Of a stretch of DNA of 64,000 nt, positions 12,940 through 30,312 are shown one piece after another (position 1 is the stretch's first letter; each line of letters opens with the position of its first letter). The stretch is taken from NCBI RefSeq assembly GCF_009914755.1, contig NC_060929.1, one strand, 5' to 3'. Position numbers and translations under genes: made by a program. Source of the stretch: the human T2T-CHM13v2.0 reference genome, Homo sapiens. The notes below the pieces were generated by a model. That model searched no databases, was not told the DNA's origin, and saw only the letters and a list, made by a program, of their open reading frames with translations.

Positions 12940-15619
12940 GTGTCATTGGTATTTTTGATAGGGATTGCATTAAATCGGTAGAATGTTTTGGGTAGTATGG
13001 ACATTTTAACAATTTAAGAATTAATCTAATCTGTGAACATGGAGTCTCTCTTCACTTATTTGTGTCCTCTTCAATTTATTTCATCAATGTTGTATAGTTT
13101 TCAGTATAGAGATCTTTTCACCTCCTTGCTTAAGTTTATTCATAGGTATCTTATTTTTCGTAGCTATTGTAAATGGGATTGCTTTCTTGATATTTTTTCA
13201 AATAGTTCACTGTTAGCATATAGAAATGCTACTGATTTGTATACGTCCATTTGATGTCCCACAACTGATTAGAATTGACTGTTAGATTTCTTAATTCTAA
13301 TAATTTTTTTTTTGGTGGAATCTTTAGGGTTTTCCATATGTTATATATAAAATCTTATCATCTGCAAACAGGGACAATTTGATTTCCTCCTTTCCATTTT
13401 GTTTGTTTCTTTCTTTCTCTTAATTTCTCTGGCTACAACTTCCTGTACTTCGTTGAATACAAGTGGTGAGAGTGGGCATTCTTGTCCTATTCCTGATATT
13501 AGAGGGAACTTCCCATTCAGTATGATGTTAACTGGTGATTTCTTGTATATGGCCTTTATTGTGTTGAGGTACCTACCTTTTATACCTAATTTGATGAATT
13601 TCTTGCAATTGGATTTTGAGTTCTGTCAAATGCTTCTTCTGAATGTATTAAAATGATCATATGGTTTTTGTCTTTCTTTCCATTAACGTAGTATATCACA
13701 CTTATGGATTTGCTGATGGTAAACCATCCTTGCATTCCTGGTATGAATCCTACTTGGTCATAGTGAATAATCTTTTTAATTTGCTGTTAAATTCAGTCAG
13801 TTAATATTTTGTTGAGAAATTTTGTATCTATGTTCGTCAGAGGTATTAGGCTATAGTTTCTTTTTTTGTTGTATTCTTGTCTGGTTTTGATATCAAGGTG
13901 ATGCTGGCCTTGTAACATCAGTTTGGAAGTGTTTCCTCTTCTCTGATGTTATGGAATAGTTTGAAAAGAATTAGTAATACTTCTTCTTTAAGTGTTTGGC
14001 AAGAAGTCAGCATGAAGCCATTATGTCCTGGGCTTTTCTTTGATGGAAGACTTTTATTACTGATTAAATTTCTTTGCTCATTATTGGTCTGTTCCCATTG
14101 TCTATTTCCTCATAATCCAATCTTGTTAGGTTCTATGGGGTCCAAGAATTTATCCATTTCATCTAGATCGTCAAGTTTGTTGGTAGATAGATATTCATAT
14201 AGATACATAATAATCCATTTTATTTCTGTGGTATGAGTTGTAACGTTTACTTTTTTATTTTAGATTTTATTTGAGTCTTCTCTTTTTGTATTAATCTAGC
14301 TAAATATTTGTCAATTTTGTTTATATTTTCAAAAAAACAACTTTGTTTCATTGATCTTTTTAACTATAATCTCTTTTTTAATTCTACTCGATCTTTATTA
14401 TTTACTTTCTTCTACCAACTTTGGGTTTTGTTCTTACATTTCTAGTTCCTTGAAGTGTATCTTTAGATTGCTTAATATAAATCATTTTACTTTTTCGATA
14501 TAGGCATTCATTGCTATGAAATTCCTTCTTATGACTGCTTTTGCAATGTCTCAGGCTTTGGCATGATGTGTTTTTATTCTTATTTCTCTCAAAAATATTT
14601 AAATTTCCTTTTTAATTTCATTGTTAACTTATTGAGGAGACTGTTGTTTACATGTATTTGTAAAGTTCTGAAGTTTTTCTTCTAGTTGATTTCTAGTTTT
14701 ATACCATTGTCAGAAAAAAAATGCTTGATATAATCTTTATCTTCTTTGTTAAGACTTGTTTTGTGGTATAACATGTGATCTATTTTGGAGAATGTTAAAC
14801 GTGTAATTGAAAAGAATATATATTCTACAGCTCTTAAATGGAATGTTCTGTAAATGTCTATTAGGTCCATTTGGTCTATGGTACAGTTTAAGTCTAATAT
14901 TTCTTTGTTAATTTTCTGTATAAGTGATCTTTCCATTGTTGAAAGTGAGGTGCTGAAGTCTTCTACTATTACTGTTTTGGAGTCAATCTCTCCCTTTAGA
15001 TCTAGTAATATTTGCTTTATATATTTAAGTGCTTTGGAATTGGGTTTCTTTATTTACAATTGTTATATCTTCTTGTTGAATTGATTCTTTTATCACTATA
15101 CAATGACCTTCTCCTTTCTTTTTACAGTTTTTGACTTAAAGTCTACTTTATTTTATATAAGTATGGCTACTCCTGCTTGCTTTTCATTTCCATTTGAATG
15201 GACTGTCTTTTTTCATTTCTCCACTTTCATCTATGTGTTTAATAATGAGGTGAGTCTCTTGTAGGCAGAATATAATGGGGTCTTGTTCTTTAATCCATTC
15301 AGTCACTGTATATATTTTAATTAAAGAATTTTATCCATTTACATTCAAAGTTATTTATGATAGGTGAGAACTTACTCCTCCTCTTTTTTACCTCTGTGGT
15401 GTGGTGGTTTTCTGTGGTGCTAAGATTTGTTTTCTTTCTCTTTCTTGTTTATGTATCTGCTGTAATTTATTTGTGATTCCTGTGGGGCTAACGTGAAGTC
15501 TTATAGTTACAATAGGTTATTTTAAGCTAATAACAATTTAATTCCAGTCACATGAGAAATACTCTAGACTTTTTTCCTCCCTGCCAACAATTTATATTTT
15601 TGATATTTTCTTGCCTGAA

Positions 15620-15880
15620 AACATATATTTAAATTAGTATATATAGTATATCCATTATACATATACATGAAATATATGCACATTATATATGTATATATAC
15701 ATATATACACATTTTATATGTATATATACATATATACACATTTTATATGTATATATACATATATACACATTTTATATGTATAATATATATAAATTATACA
15801 CTATACATATATACACAATATTCACACATATATACATATATAATGTGTATAATATATACTTTATATATATATTATGTGTA
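15620..15880. repeat. TA-rich low-complexity region with a 29-bp tandem repeat x3 (15686-15772)
   Basis: Unit TATATGTATATATACATATATACACATTT repeats at 15686, 15715 and 15744. Confidence 0.9.
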
Positions 15881-16255
15881 TGTTTCTTAACCACTAATTT
15901 TAGTTGTTATTGTTTTTGACTGTGTTGACTTTTAGCCTTCATATTAAGGGATTGAAAGATTTACATAGTACCATTGTAGCAATGGGGTATTTTGAGTTTG
16001 ATTATGAATTTACTTCTTTTTTTTTCTCTTGTGTGTGTGTGTGTTTTATTATTATACTTTAAGTTTTAGGGTACATGTGCACAACGTGCAGGTTTGTTAC
16101 CTATGTATACATGTGCCATGTTGGTGTGCTGCACCCATTAACTCGTCATTTAACATGAGGTATATCTCATAATGCTATCCCTCCCCTCTCCCCCCACCCA
16201 ACAACAGGCCTCGGTGTGTGATGTTCCCCTTCCTGTGTCCATGTGTTCTCATTCT

Positions 16256-20074
<3,819 letters not shown>

Positions 20075-20137
20075 GATGATGTTAGCTGGTTATTTTGCTC
20101 ATTAGTTGATGCAGTTTCTTCCTAGTCTCGATGGTCC

Positions 20138-21152
20138 TTACAATTTGGTATGTTTTTGCAGTGGCTGGTACCGGTTGTTCCTTTCCATGTTGAGTGCTTC
20201 CTTCCGGAGCTGTTTTAGGGCAGGCCTGGTGGTGACAAAATCTCTCAGCATTTGCTTGTCTGTAAAGTATTTTATTTCTCCTTCACTTATGAAGCTTAGT
20301 TTGGCTGGATATGAGATGCTGGGTTGAAAATTCTTTACTTTAAGAATGTTGAATATTGGCCCCCACTCTCTTCTGGCTTGTAGAGTTTCTGCCGAGAGAT
20401 CGGCTGTTAGTCTGATGGGCTTCCCTTTGTGGGTAACCCGACCTTTCTCTCTGGCTGCCCTTAACATTTTTTCCTTCATTTCCACTTTGGTGAATCTGAC
20501 AATTATGTGTCTTGGAGTTGCTCCTCTCGAGGAGTATCTTTATGGCATTCTCTGTATTTCCTGAATTTGAATGTTGGCCTGCCTTGCTAGATTGGGGAAG
20601 TTCTCCTGGATAATATCCTGCAGAGTGTTTTCCAACTTGGTTCCATTCTCCCCGTCACTTTCAGGTACACCAATCAGACATAGATTTGGTCTTTTCACAT
20701 AGTCCCAAATTTCTTGGAGGCTTTGTTTGTTTCTTTTTATACTTTTTTCTCTAAACTTCTCTTCTCACTTCATTTCATTCATTTGATCTTCCATCACTGA
20801 TACCCTTTCTTCCAGTTGATCGAATCGGCTCCTGAGGCTTGTGCATTCATCACATAGTTCTCGTGCCATGGTTTTCAGCTCCATCAGGTCCTTTAAGGAC
20901 TTCTCTGCATTGGTTATTCTAGTTAGCCATTTGTCTAATTTTTTTTCGAGGTTTTTAACTTCTTTGCCATGGGTTCCAACTTCCTGCTTTAGCTCAGAGT
21001 AGTTTGATCATCTGAAGCCTTCTTCTCTCAACTTGTCAAAGTCATTCTCCGTCTAGCTTTGTTCCATTGCTGGTGAGGATCTGCATTCCTTTGGAGGAGG
21101 AGAGGTGCTCTGATTTTTAGAGTTTCCGGTTTTTCTGCTGTTTTTTCCCCAT
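20138..21152 (-). pseudogene. L1 ORF1 (RNA-binding protein), disrupted
   Basis: ATG at 21152. A 2-nt deletion near codon 6 (CAGAGCAG to CAGCAG) and an in-frame TAA at 20540-20542. The C-terminal part is the 20138..20485 ORF (EMKEKMLRAAREKG...). Confidence 0.9.
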
Positions 21153-22180
21153 CTTTGTAGTTTTATCTACCTTTGGTCTTTGATGATGGTGATGTACAGA
21201 TGGGGTTTTGGTGTGGATGTCCTTTCTGTTTGTTAGTTTTCCTTCTAACAGTCAGGACCCTCAGCTGCAGGTCTGTTGGAGTTTGCTGGAGGTCCACTCC
21301 AGACCCTGTTTGCCTGGGTATCAGCAGTGGAGGCTGCAAAACAGCAGATATTGGTGAACAGCAAGTGTTGCTGCCTGATCATTCCTCTGGATCTTTTGTC
21401 TCAAAGGAGTACCCGGCTGTGTGAGGTGTTTGTCTGCCCTATTGGAGGGTGCCTCCCAGTTAGGCTCCTCGGGGGTCAGGGACCCACTTGAGGGGGCAGT
21501 CTGTCCGTTCTCAGATCTCCAGCTGCGTGCTGGGAGAACCACTACTCTCTTCAAAGCTGTCTGACAGGGACATTTAAGTTTGCGGAGGTTTCTGCTGCCT
21601 TTTATTTGGCTATGCCCTGCCCCCGGAGGTGGAGTCTGCAGAGGCAGGCAGGTCTCCTTGAGCTGCGGTGGGCTCCACCCAGTTCAAGCTTCCTGGCCAC
21701 TTTGGTTACTTACTCAAGCCTCGGCAAAGGTGGGCGCCCCTCCCCCAGCCTCGCTGCCACCTTGCAGTTTGATCTCAGACTCCTGTGCTGGCAGTGAGCA
21801 AGGCTCTGTGGGCGTAGGACCCTCCAGGCCAGGCGCAGGATATAATCTCCTGGTGTGCCGTTTGCTAAGACCGTTGGGAAAGCGCAGTATTAGGGTGAGA
21901 GTGACCTGATTTTCCAGTTGCTGCCTGTCACCCCTTTCTTTGACTAGGAAAGGGAATTCCCTGACCCCTTGCGCTTCCCAGGTGAGGCGATGCCTCGCCC
22001 TGCTTCGGCTCATGCTCGGTGTGCTGCACCCACTGTCCTGCACCCAGTGTCCAACAGTCCCCAGTGAGATGAACCTGGTACCTCAGTTGGAAATGCAGAA
22101 ATCACCCGTCTTCTGCGCCACTCACGCTGGGAGCTGTAGACTGGAGCTGTTCCTATTCAGCCATCTTGGCTCCTCCCCTC
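21153..22180. promoter_or_regulatory. L1 5'UTR bidirectional promoter (sense promoter on -, antisense promoter on +), YY1 motif intact
   Basis: Complete 5'UTR that is relatively GC/CpG rich. YY1 motif GCCATCTTG at 22160-22168. Activity cannot be judged from sequence. Confidence 0.7.
21727..21943 (+). pseudogene. L1 antisense ORF0 remnant
   Basis: Peptide GAPPPASLPPCSLISDSCAGSEQGSVGVGPS...GYNLLVCR matches primate L1 ORF0. Start ATG changed to AAG (21727-21729), premature TGA at 21907-21909. Confidence 0.8.
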
Positions 22181-24553
22181 GATTATGAATTTACTTCTAC
22201 AGTGAGCTTTATACATTCCTGTGTTTCATGATAGTTGTTATTGTTCTTTCATTTCCAGGTGTGGCACTCCCTTAAGGATTTTTTGTAAGTTATGACGAAT
22301 TCCCTCAGCTTTTGCTTGTGTGCAAAAGTCTTTTTTTCTCCTTTATTTGTGAAAGACAGCATGCTGAGTATTGTTTTTTTGGCTGACAGTTATTATCACT
22401 TAACACTTTGAATATATTATTTCATTCTACCCTGCCCTGCAAGGTTTCTTTTGAGAAATTTGCTTGTAGTCTATTAGATATTTTCTTATTTATGACTTGA
22501 CACATTTTTCTTAAAGCTTTTAGAATTCTTTCTTTTGCTTTGACTTTTGAAAATTTGATTATAATGTGCCTTGGAGTTGAGTCTAATTGGGAATCTTTTT
22601 GCTTCCTGGATCTTTGTAGACGTGGCGAGTTTTCAGCTATTATTTTGTTAAATTAGTTTTCTGTGCCTTTCTTCATCTATTCCCCATCTGGCATTTGTAT
22701 AATGCAAACATTCGTTAACTTAATAGTGTCTCATAAATCTTGTTGGCTATCTTTATTCATGCTTATTCTTAGTCCTTTTTATCTGACTGGACTATTTCAA
22801 AATACCTGTCTTCATGTTCAAAAATTCTTTCTTATGCTTAACCAAATTTGTTATTGACACTGTCAGTCATATTTTTTGTTTCATTTATTGAATTTTTCAA
22901 CTCCAAGATTTCTGGGGTTTTTATAATTATCTCTGTTGAATTTCTCATTCAGATGATGAATTTTTTCCTATTTCATTGAATTGGTGGTCTGTATTTTCTT
23001 GTAGCTCAATGAGTTTCCTAAGCTCATGATTTTGAATTCCTTTTCAGGAATTCTATACATTTTATTTTTGGGAGGGGGTCTGTTACTAAAGAATTATTGT
23101 GTTCTTTTAGAGGTGTTGTTTTGCTTTTTTATGTTTCTTGTACCCCTATGTTGATATTTGTGCATCTAGTGGAATAGTCATCCTTTTCAATTTTGTGGGA
23201 TAGCTTTTGAAGGGAGAGACATTTTCCTGTAGATGAGTCCTATGATGTTTGTTGAGAATGGTGCATTGGCTTTTGTTCTGGGTGGACCCAGTAACATAGC
23301 CTCTGTGCAGTTTCTTCAGCTGAAAACTTTGTCAGTGATAGCTGTGATTATGCCAGTGACCTAGGCTACATGAGTTTGTGATGGCAGTAGTGAAGTTTTG
23401 CCGAGAGCTGAAGGTACTGAACTGGTGGTTGGGCTTGGTGCATTTGGCTACTATGGGCTGGTTACTCACAAGGCTTTCTAGTGGCTGGTTCACCAGCAGG
23501 CTGACTGTTGGACTGGACATGTGCAGGTACAGCAAGTCAGCCAGCTGTGTGTCACCTTCCCCACTATGCAGGTCTGCCTGTATGGGGGTAAGGGTGTTGG
23601 ATGGATTTTAAGGCAGCATCTCAGCTGTTCCACTGAGCCTAGGCTCTGAGTAGCCAGGGTTGTGGTGCTGTAACTACCCATGTGAGTACAGTGGTATGAT
23701 GGCAGTGTGTCAGAAATGGAGAGGTGCAATGGCTACCACCCTCCAGAGCAGCATGTACTCTAGCAGTTGATCCATTGTTAAGATGCTGTGGTGCTGTAGC
23801 CACTTAGGTCACAGTGGATGGAGGTTGCACAGTGGAGAGTCCTACTTTGGGGCAGTGCAACTGCATGACTCAACTCCCCAAATTGCATTCGGGGCCTATA
23901 AAGACTGCAGAACTCTCTGGCAGCAAGGACTATAGGTGTGTGTAGCAGTAATAAGGACTACTGGGGGTATCCAGCTTACTTTCTCCCTTAAAAATAAAAT
24001 CACTCCTGGCTGCAAGTTAATCCCAGTAGAGGAGATAATGTGGCAGAGGTACGGTGCTTTGCTCCTCTCTCTGTGGTGCTTTCCTGGGTTTCCATGTTCC
24101 ACAGGGATCTTGCCACTGCCCTAGTGATCTCCATTGTATTTCCTCAGTCACTCCAGTTGAAATATAGATGTTTGTTGTTTGCATCCCTTTTTGTGGGGAG
24201 ATAAGCACCTGGCAACTCTAGTCAGCCATCTTGCTGTTTCATTGTGGTAATAGCTGAGTTTCAAAGGACTCATCAAATCCTGAAATTGTACACAGCCCTT
24301 GTGTGTTCACAAAATAAATTTGCTTAGAACTTGTAGGAGTATTCATATATCAGGTATGTTTGGACCAATGGATTTTGTTGACATAGTCAGGGCCAGAAAA
24401 CACCTTTACAGGCTAGGAAGTATTACACAGCCCTTTTCACACATGTGTGAGTAAGGCTGGTCTCACTGTCATATGTATTCTCCAGTTGGACCTTAAGTAA
24501 TGGAGAGATTAAAGGCCAGGTTGACTTTCCACTATTCCCCCAACTCACTAAGA

Positions 24554-24725
24554 CAGTGGATCTCAAAAATATGGTCCTGAGATGAAGAGCATCAGCTGTG
24601 GTCTACTTGTTAGAAATGCTAACTCTCAAGCTATACCCCAGAGCTACTGAATGAGAAACTCAGGGATAGACCTCAGTAAGCTGTGTTGAAGCAAGACATC
24701 CAGGTGATTCCTATGCGAACCACTG
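24554..24725. mobile_element. MER5A hAT MITE
   Basis: Termini CAGTGG...CCACTG with internal CTTGTTAGAAATGC...CTACTGAATGAGAAAC...CCAGGTGATTC. Confidence 0.75.
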
Positions 24726-24937
24726 ACCCAAGACAATGATAGCAAAATCATTTTGCCACAAATCTCCTGGTAACTTTCAAATGAGTTCAGGCTCAGCTTT
24801 TAGTATTTTGCTGCAACATAAATATAGCTAACATATGTTGAGTGCTTACTCTCTGTAAGGGGCTGAACTAATCACTTGCCCTGAATAAATGCATTTGATC
24901 CTCACAACAACCCTATTAGGAGGGTACAGGCTGGCTG

Positions 24938-25233
24938 GCTTCCTTCCTTCCTTCCTTCCTTCTTTTGCTGTGTCATCCAGACTTGGGTACACTAGTGCGA
25001 TCTCAGCTCACTGCAACCTTTGCCTCCCAGATTCAAGCGATTCTTGTGCCTCAGCCTCCTGAGTAGCTGGGATTACAGGTACGCACCATCACACCTGGCT
25101 AATATTTGTATTTTTAGTAGAGATGGTTTCACCACGTTGGCTAGGCTGGTCTGGAACTCCTGGCCTCAAGTGATCTACCTGCCTCGGCCTCACAAACTGC
25201 TGGGATTACAAGCATGAGCCACTATGCCCAGCC
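24938..25233 (-). mobile_element. Alu (AluSz-like) with (CTTC)n tail, inserted in a MIR (~24820-25360, -)
   Basis: CTCAAGTGATC diagnostic, ends GCCCAGCC. MIR sequence flanks both sides. Confidence 0.88.
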
Positions 25234-26939
25234 AGGCTTATTACTTTCATTAACAGATGAGCAGATTGAGGCACAGAGTGGTATAATAACTTGTCCAAAG
25301 TTCCACAGAGAGCACATGGCAGAGTCAGGATCTAAATCCAGGCAGTCTTCACCACACTCTATGACTTCTATCAGTGGACTCTTTTCCGAAACTCCACGGC
25401 ACATTGTTATCACAATGAGAGGGAAAGAGAATGGGGCAATAGTTTCCAGGTATTCCTCTCCTTTTTGGCTACTGGATGCTCCACTATTCCCTAAGAATGC
25501 TCCACAATTCTCCTAAGTCTCTGACCATTCGCTGATCCCTTTACTAAGTCTTCTTTCACCTGGTCACTTAGATTCAAACCTGTTGACTCCCCCACAGTTT
25601 AGTCCTTTTTTTTATGTTCACATTTCTGTGGGAAATTCCACATTTACAGATGTCCTACATATGGTTTAAATATTTGCTTCTTTTCAGATGACCCCTAAAT
25701 CTGTACTTGCCTCAAACTGTCTTCTCAATTCCAGTTTCAAATTCCCAGCAGCCTGTACTTTTCCTCATGGGGGGTCTTTGCATCACTTCCACTTCCTTAC
25801 TTGCTGCTAAACTAATGTCTCCTCCATCAAACTTCCAGAGATTTCTCCCCTAATTTTCCTTATGGGGCCACCATTCTCCTAGTCTTCAGGGCCTTGCTTT
25901 CATTCAGGTACCAGTTGTCTTTTTTCACATGAACGAAAAATGTTTTTGCCACCCCCGGTTTTTCCATGTTACAAAGGTCTCTGGCACAAAAGAATTAGGC
26001 TTATAACTTGGCCCATTCATTTAATTACCAAAATGTAAAGTTAGTATGCAAGATGAGGCATGATGTAGTTTAGCTTTAATTTCAGAACACATTTTAAAAG
26101 ATTAGACAGGAATGGCCTTTAAAAAGCAGCAAGAAGGTAAGCAACATAAAGGCCAGTGCAACTAAGAGGCATCTTCAGTGACAACACCAGGGAAAACATG
26201 ACTTTGGTTTTCATTAATGACCAATTTCATTGAACAAGGAATTGGACATTATAGCATTTATAAACAAAGCACAGTTATAAATTGCTATTCTAATTGTTAA
26301 TTAGTTGTATTTATACTGTAGATTAGTTTTTTAAATATATCCTCTAGATGCCACTTGATGCTAATTATCTGAGTTACATTATTATCAATTGAAAAACATT
26401 TTAATTAAGTACAAAGCTATTTAAATTAGCATAAGACTTATAGAAATTCAAATATGGTTTGATGCTTAACTTTTTTTTTAGGACTACATGAGATGGTACA
26501 TCTAGGCTTTTGAATTTGATGAAACTCTACTGCAACGTGGCAAATGATAATTTCAGTGAAAGGGGTGGGAGTGTTCTTAGTGATGTTCACTCATTAAATG
26601 TGTATGTCTGTCATATGTATTGTATATGATATTGCCAAATCACTGCTACAGGTGCCACAAATACACTGTGATGATTACCACTGTTCCTGCTCTCTATGGG
26701 AGCTCTCTGTCTAATCAGGGAGATAGATACACTTGGCAGATCTGGGAGCCCAAGAAGAAAACAAGCTACATAAGAAGTATAGAAACAAAGTGCCTATAAA
26801 ATCCAGCTGCGGTTGGGTGTAGTGGGAGAGAGAGAGTTTAGAAATCTTCTTAAACTTTCAATTAGGTACATTTGAACTAGATTTTGAGTATAGATGAGGA
26901 GGGAAGAAAAATATAGTCTTGGCTTGGTGAATGGAGTCA

Positions 26940-27430
26940 GATGTGTTTATCATTCGGGTCTCACTTGGTTGTGATATAAATCCAATTCAAAGGGAGAGGC
27001 AAGGAAATTTATTGCCTCATGTGATTGAAAAGCCCAAGAGTAGTTGGCTGCAGGCTAGCTTCAGTGGCTCAAATAATGAAACCAAAACTTAGTCTCTCTC
27101 TCTTTCTTTTAATCATGTCTCAGCTCTATTTTCTAATCTTGTATTCTGTCTTCAGCTCTGCTGGTGAGCAGAAAAAGTGGTTATCATCCTAATATAAATA
27201 CAACGATGGCCTGAGTTTTATTCTGTGTGGACTGTCATGGACCATAGGTCCATCCTTGAACTAGTTAGTCACTGTGATCAGGATGATATAGTGTGCTGGT
27301 TAGCAAAGCCTAGGTCATATTCCCACTGCTAGAGCTAGGGTTGGAATGACTGAGAGTGAAATAGAGCACTTCTCCAAAGGAAAATTGGGGTGTTGTTATC
27401 AGGAGAGGGAATAGGTGCTAGGAAAAAAAT
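26940..27430 (-). mobile_element. Old MLT1-type MaLR LTR
   Basis: GGAAATTTATTGCCTCATGTGATTGAAAAGCCCAAGAGTAG...GGTCATATTCCCACT motifs of old MLT1 LTRs. Confidence 0.55.
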
Positions 27431-27764
27431 GCAAATACTTGTTATAGTAGTCAGATGTATGAGCATAGAAAATCATGATGGTTGGATGGTTGTATATGAG
27501 ACAGTGGAACCCAGGCATTGTGAAGGGTATTAGTGGAAAATACTTGATAAGTTGTCTCTCCCTTGCTTGCTGAGCTCCTAACACAATGGTACCAAGCATG
27601 TTTTTACCTCCTAACATTTTTACTTACTGTTCCCTCTGCATAGAATCCTCTTTTCCAAGATGTACTAATGGCCTCTTCCTTTGTGGCTCAAACATCGCCT
27701 TATCAAAGAGGTCTTCCCTGACCACTTTATAAAAACAGCATGTTCCCATTATCACTGTCTACAT

Positions 27765-27986
27765 CAGGAATTGGTCAACTATAGACTGCCAAATCAGGCC
27801 AAAACCACTGCCTAGTTTTGTAAATAATATTTTACTGGAACATGATCACACTCATTTAAGTCTGTCTGTGGTTGCTTTTGCAGTACAGTGGCAGAGTTGA
27901 GTAGTTGAGACAGAGATCATATGGCCCAGAAAGACTAAAATATCTACTATCTGGCCCTTTACAAAAAAAAAGTTTGCCAGTTCCTG
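27765..27986. mobile_element. MER58A hAT MITE within an L2 3' end (~27600-28180, +)
   Basis: CAGG...CCTG termini and TACTATCTGGCCCTTTACA...AAAGTTTGCCA. L2 tail AGAATGTAAGCT...CCTGGCACATAATAACTGCTCAGTAAAAT. Confidence 0.75.
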
Positions 27987-29964
27987 ATCTGTGCCTCCAT
28001 TCTGCTGTATTCTTCTTCAGGCTAGTTATCACAACATGACATGATGTATATTTGTTCATTTTCTTTCTATCCTTCCTCATTAGAATGTAAGCTTTATGAT
28101 AGCAGGAAGTTTTGTCTCATAGACTTAGAATAGCACCTGGCACATAATAACTGCTCAGTAAAATTTGTTGCATGAATGGATTGAAAGATTTTGAATACTG
28201 AAATGTCTCACAACTCACCTGACAGTGTAGTAAAAAGAAGCAGGGGAGAGCGTGCCCCTAAGTTGCAAGAATACTGTAATACATTCGTTAAAGATTCATA
28301 AAGGCCTAAACTAGGATAGAAAGAGAAGAGAGAACAAATAGACACGATACCTTGAGATAGAACTAATGAAACTTGGCAAGTAATTTCATGTGGAGGATCA
28401 TGGGGAAGGAAGTTGGGGATACCTCTGGTGCTGTTAGCCTTGTCAGTCAGATAACTGTGACATCATTAACAGAAATTTATAGGAGCAATGGCAGATTTGG
28501 GATTGGAGATTAACAGTTCAGCTTTAGATGTACTAGGTCTTGGAGTTTGACCTCTGCCTTGGAGAGGTCCACTGCCCAGTGGGAGAAGCCAGGCAAAAAG
28601 CCCACAAGAGATGACTGGCTGAGGAGAGGGATCAGAGAGTCTATTCACGTAACTTAAAACAGTTGGAAGTGCCCCAAAGCAAATACTCAGCAAAGGTCGT
28701 TAACTAGAGCTTCACCCAACAGCACCCAGCCACCCAGCCCATTTCTTTATCTGAAGAAGGCTCCAGGGGTGGTTTACAGGGCCATGATTGCCCTCCCTGG
28801 TACATCCTCAGAAGTCCAGGGCCCTATCCCATGTTCCTGTGCTTTTCCTCACCCACTCTGCCTTTTACCATGACAAGGTGAAGCAACTCAAAAGGCTTTA
28901 GAATGCAACAAAACTTAGTTCTGTCACACTTACCAGCCACGTGAAGTTGGCCACATTGTTCAAGTCACATGGACATCACTTAAATGTATTCAGGTTCTAA
29001 ATAAACAGTCTCTCTCCTTCCTTTCTCTTTGCTTCTTTTTCCTTTTTTCTCTTCCTTTCTGAAGTATTTCATCAGTACGCAGAAGGAAGCATGAGAATGG
29101 CTGAAGGATTATATTTTAGAGTGGAACATGGTTTCTCAGATAGGGTAGTGAAAATAGAATAGTCCAAACCTTGATGCCTGGGAAATGAGAGCCTACGAAT
29201 CTAATAGTAACATTTGAGTAATAAATCCTAAAACTCACCAGGGACCACCTTCTGCTCCCAGTTATCGTTAGCAGAGATAATCTGCTGGGTATTCAACTGT
29301 TTAGAAAGAATTGCTGGTTGTCTAGTTCTTCTGTGGCACCTCATTTAAAAGCTGGTTTATTATTTACAGGAATACAGGAATAATGTATTAGATCATAAAC
29401 ATACAGTTCCCATAAATAATGCAGCAAGAAAGCCAAATATAAAAGTCTCAGATGAACAACTGAACAACCACGACCTAATAAACCAGAGATACTTAATGAG
29501 AAAAAGCAAAATTCTACAATATAGAAATAATAATGGGGTTTCATTTGAAATGCTACAGGGAGTACAGCACTCATAATTCTCAAAAAAAAAAAAAAAAAAA
29601 AGAGCCAGTCCGAAAACCTAGGTGATTTCACTGCCTAGTAGCGCGCATTCACCCACTGATGTCTGTAGGCAGCATAAGCTACAGTGGTTCGGTTTTCCCC
29701 TCGCAAGCTTGAGGGGTGAATTCCTGATGCAGAAGGAAAAGGCATTTGTTGGGCCCCACACAGTTTTCCCTTTGGCAAGAGGGAAATGTGATTTAATATG
29801 AGCATCGTAGATTTATGCTTCTGTGTAAACTTCCACAACCATCCCAAGCAGCATTGCCTCAGCAGACCTTCCCAGCTGCTCAGCCATTGCAGCCCTCGGT
29901 GGTGCTCAGGGAGAGTGGGAAATAAGTAAGTTGGGGATGTTTGTCAGCTTTCTAGTTTGATTAA

Positions 29965-30312
<348 letters not shown>

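Noticed and set aside
29582-29601. Isolated A20 run as the tail of a processed pseudogene
   Set aside because: No convincing TSD pair or recognisable retrocopy upstream.
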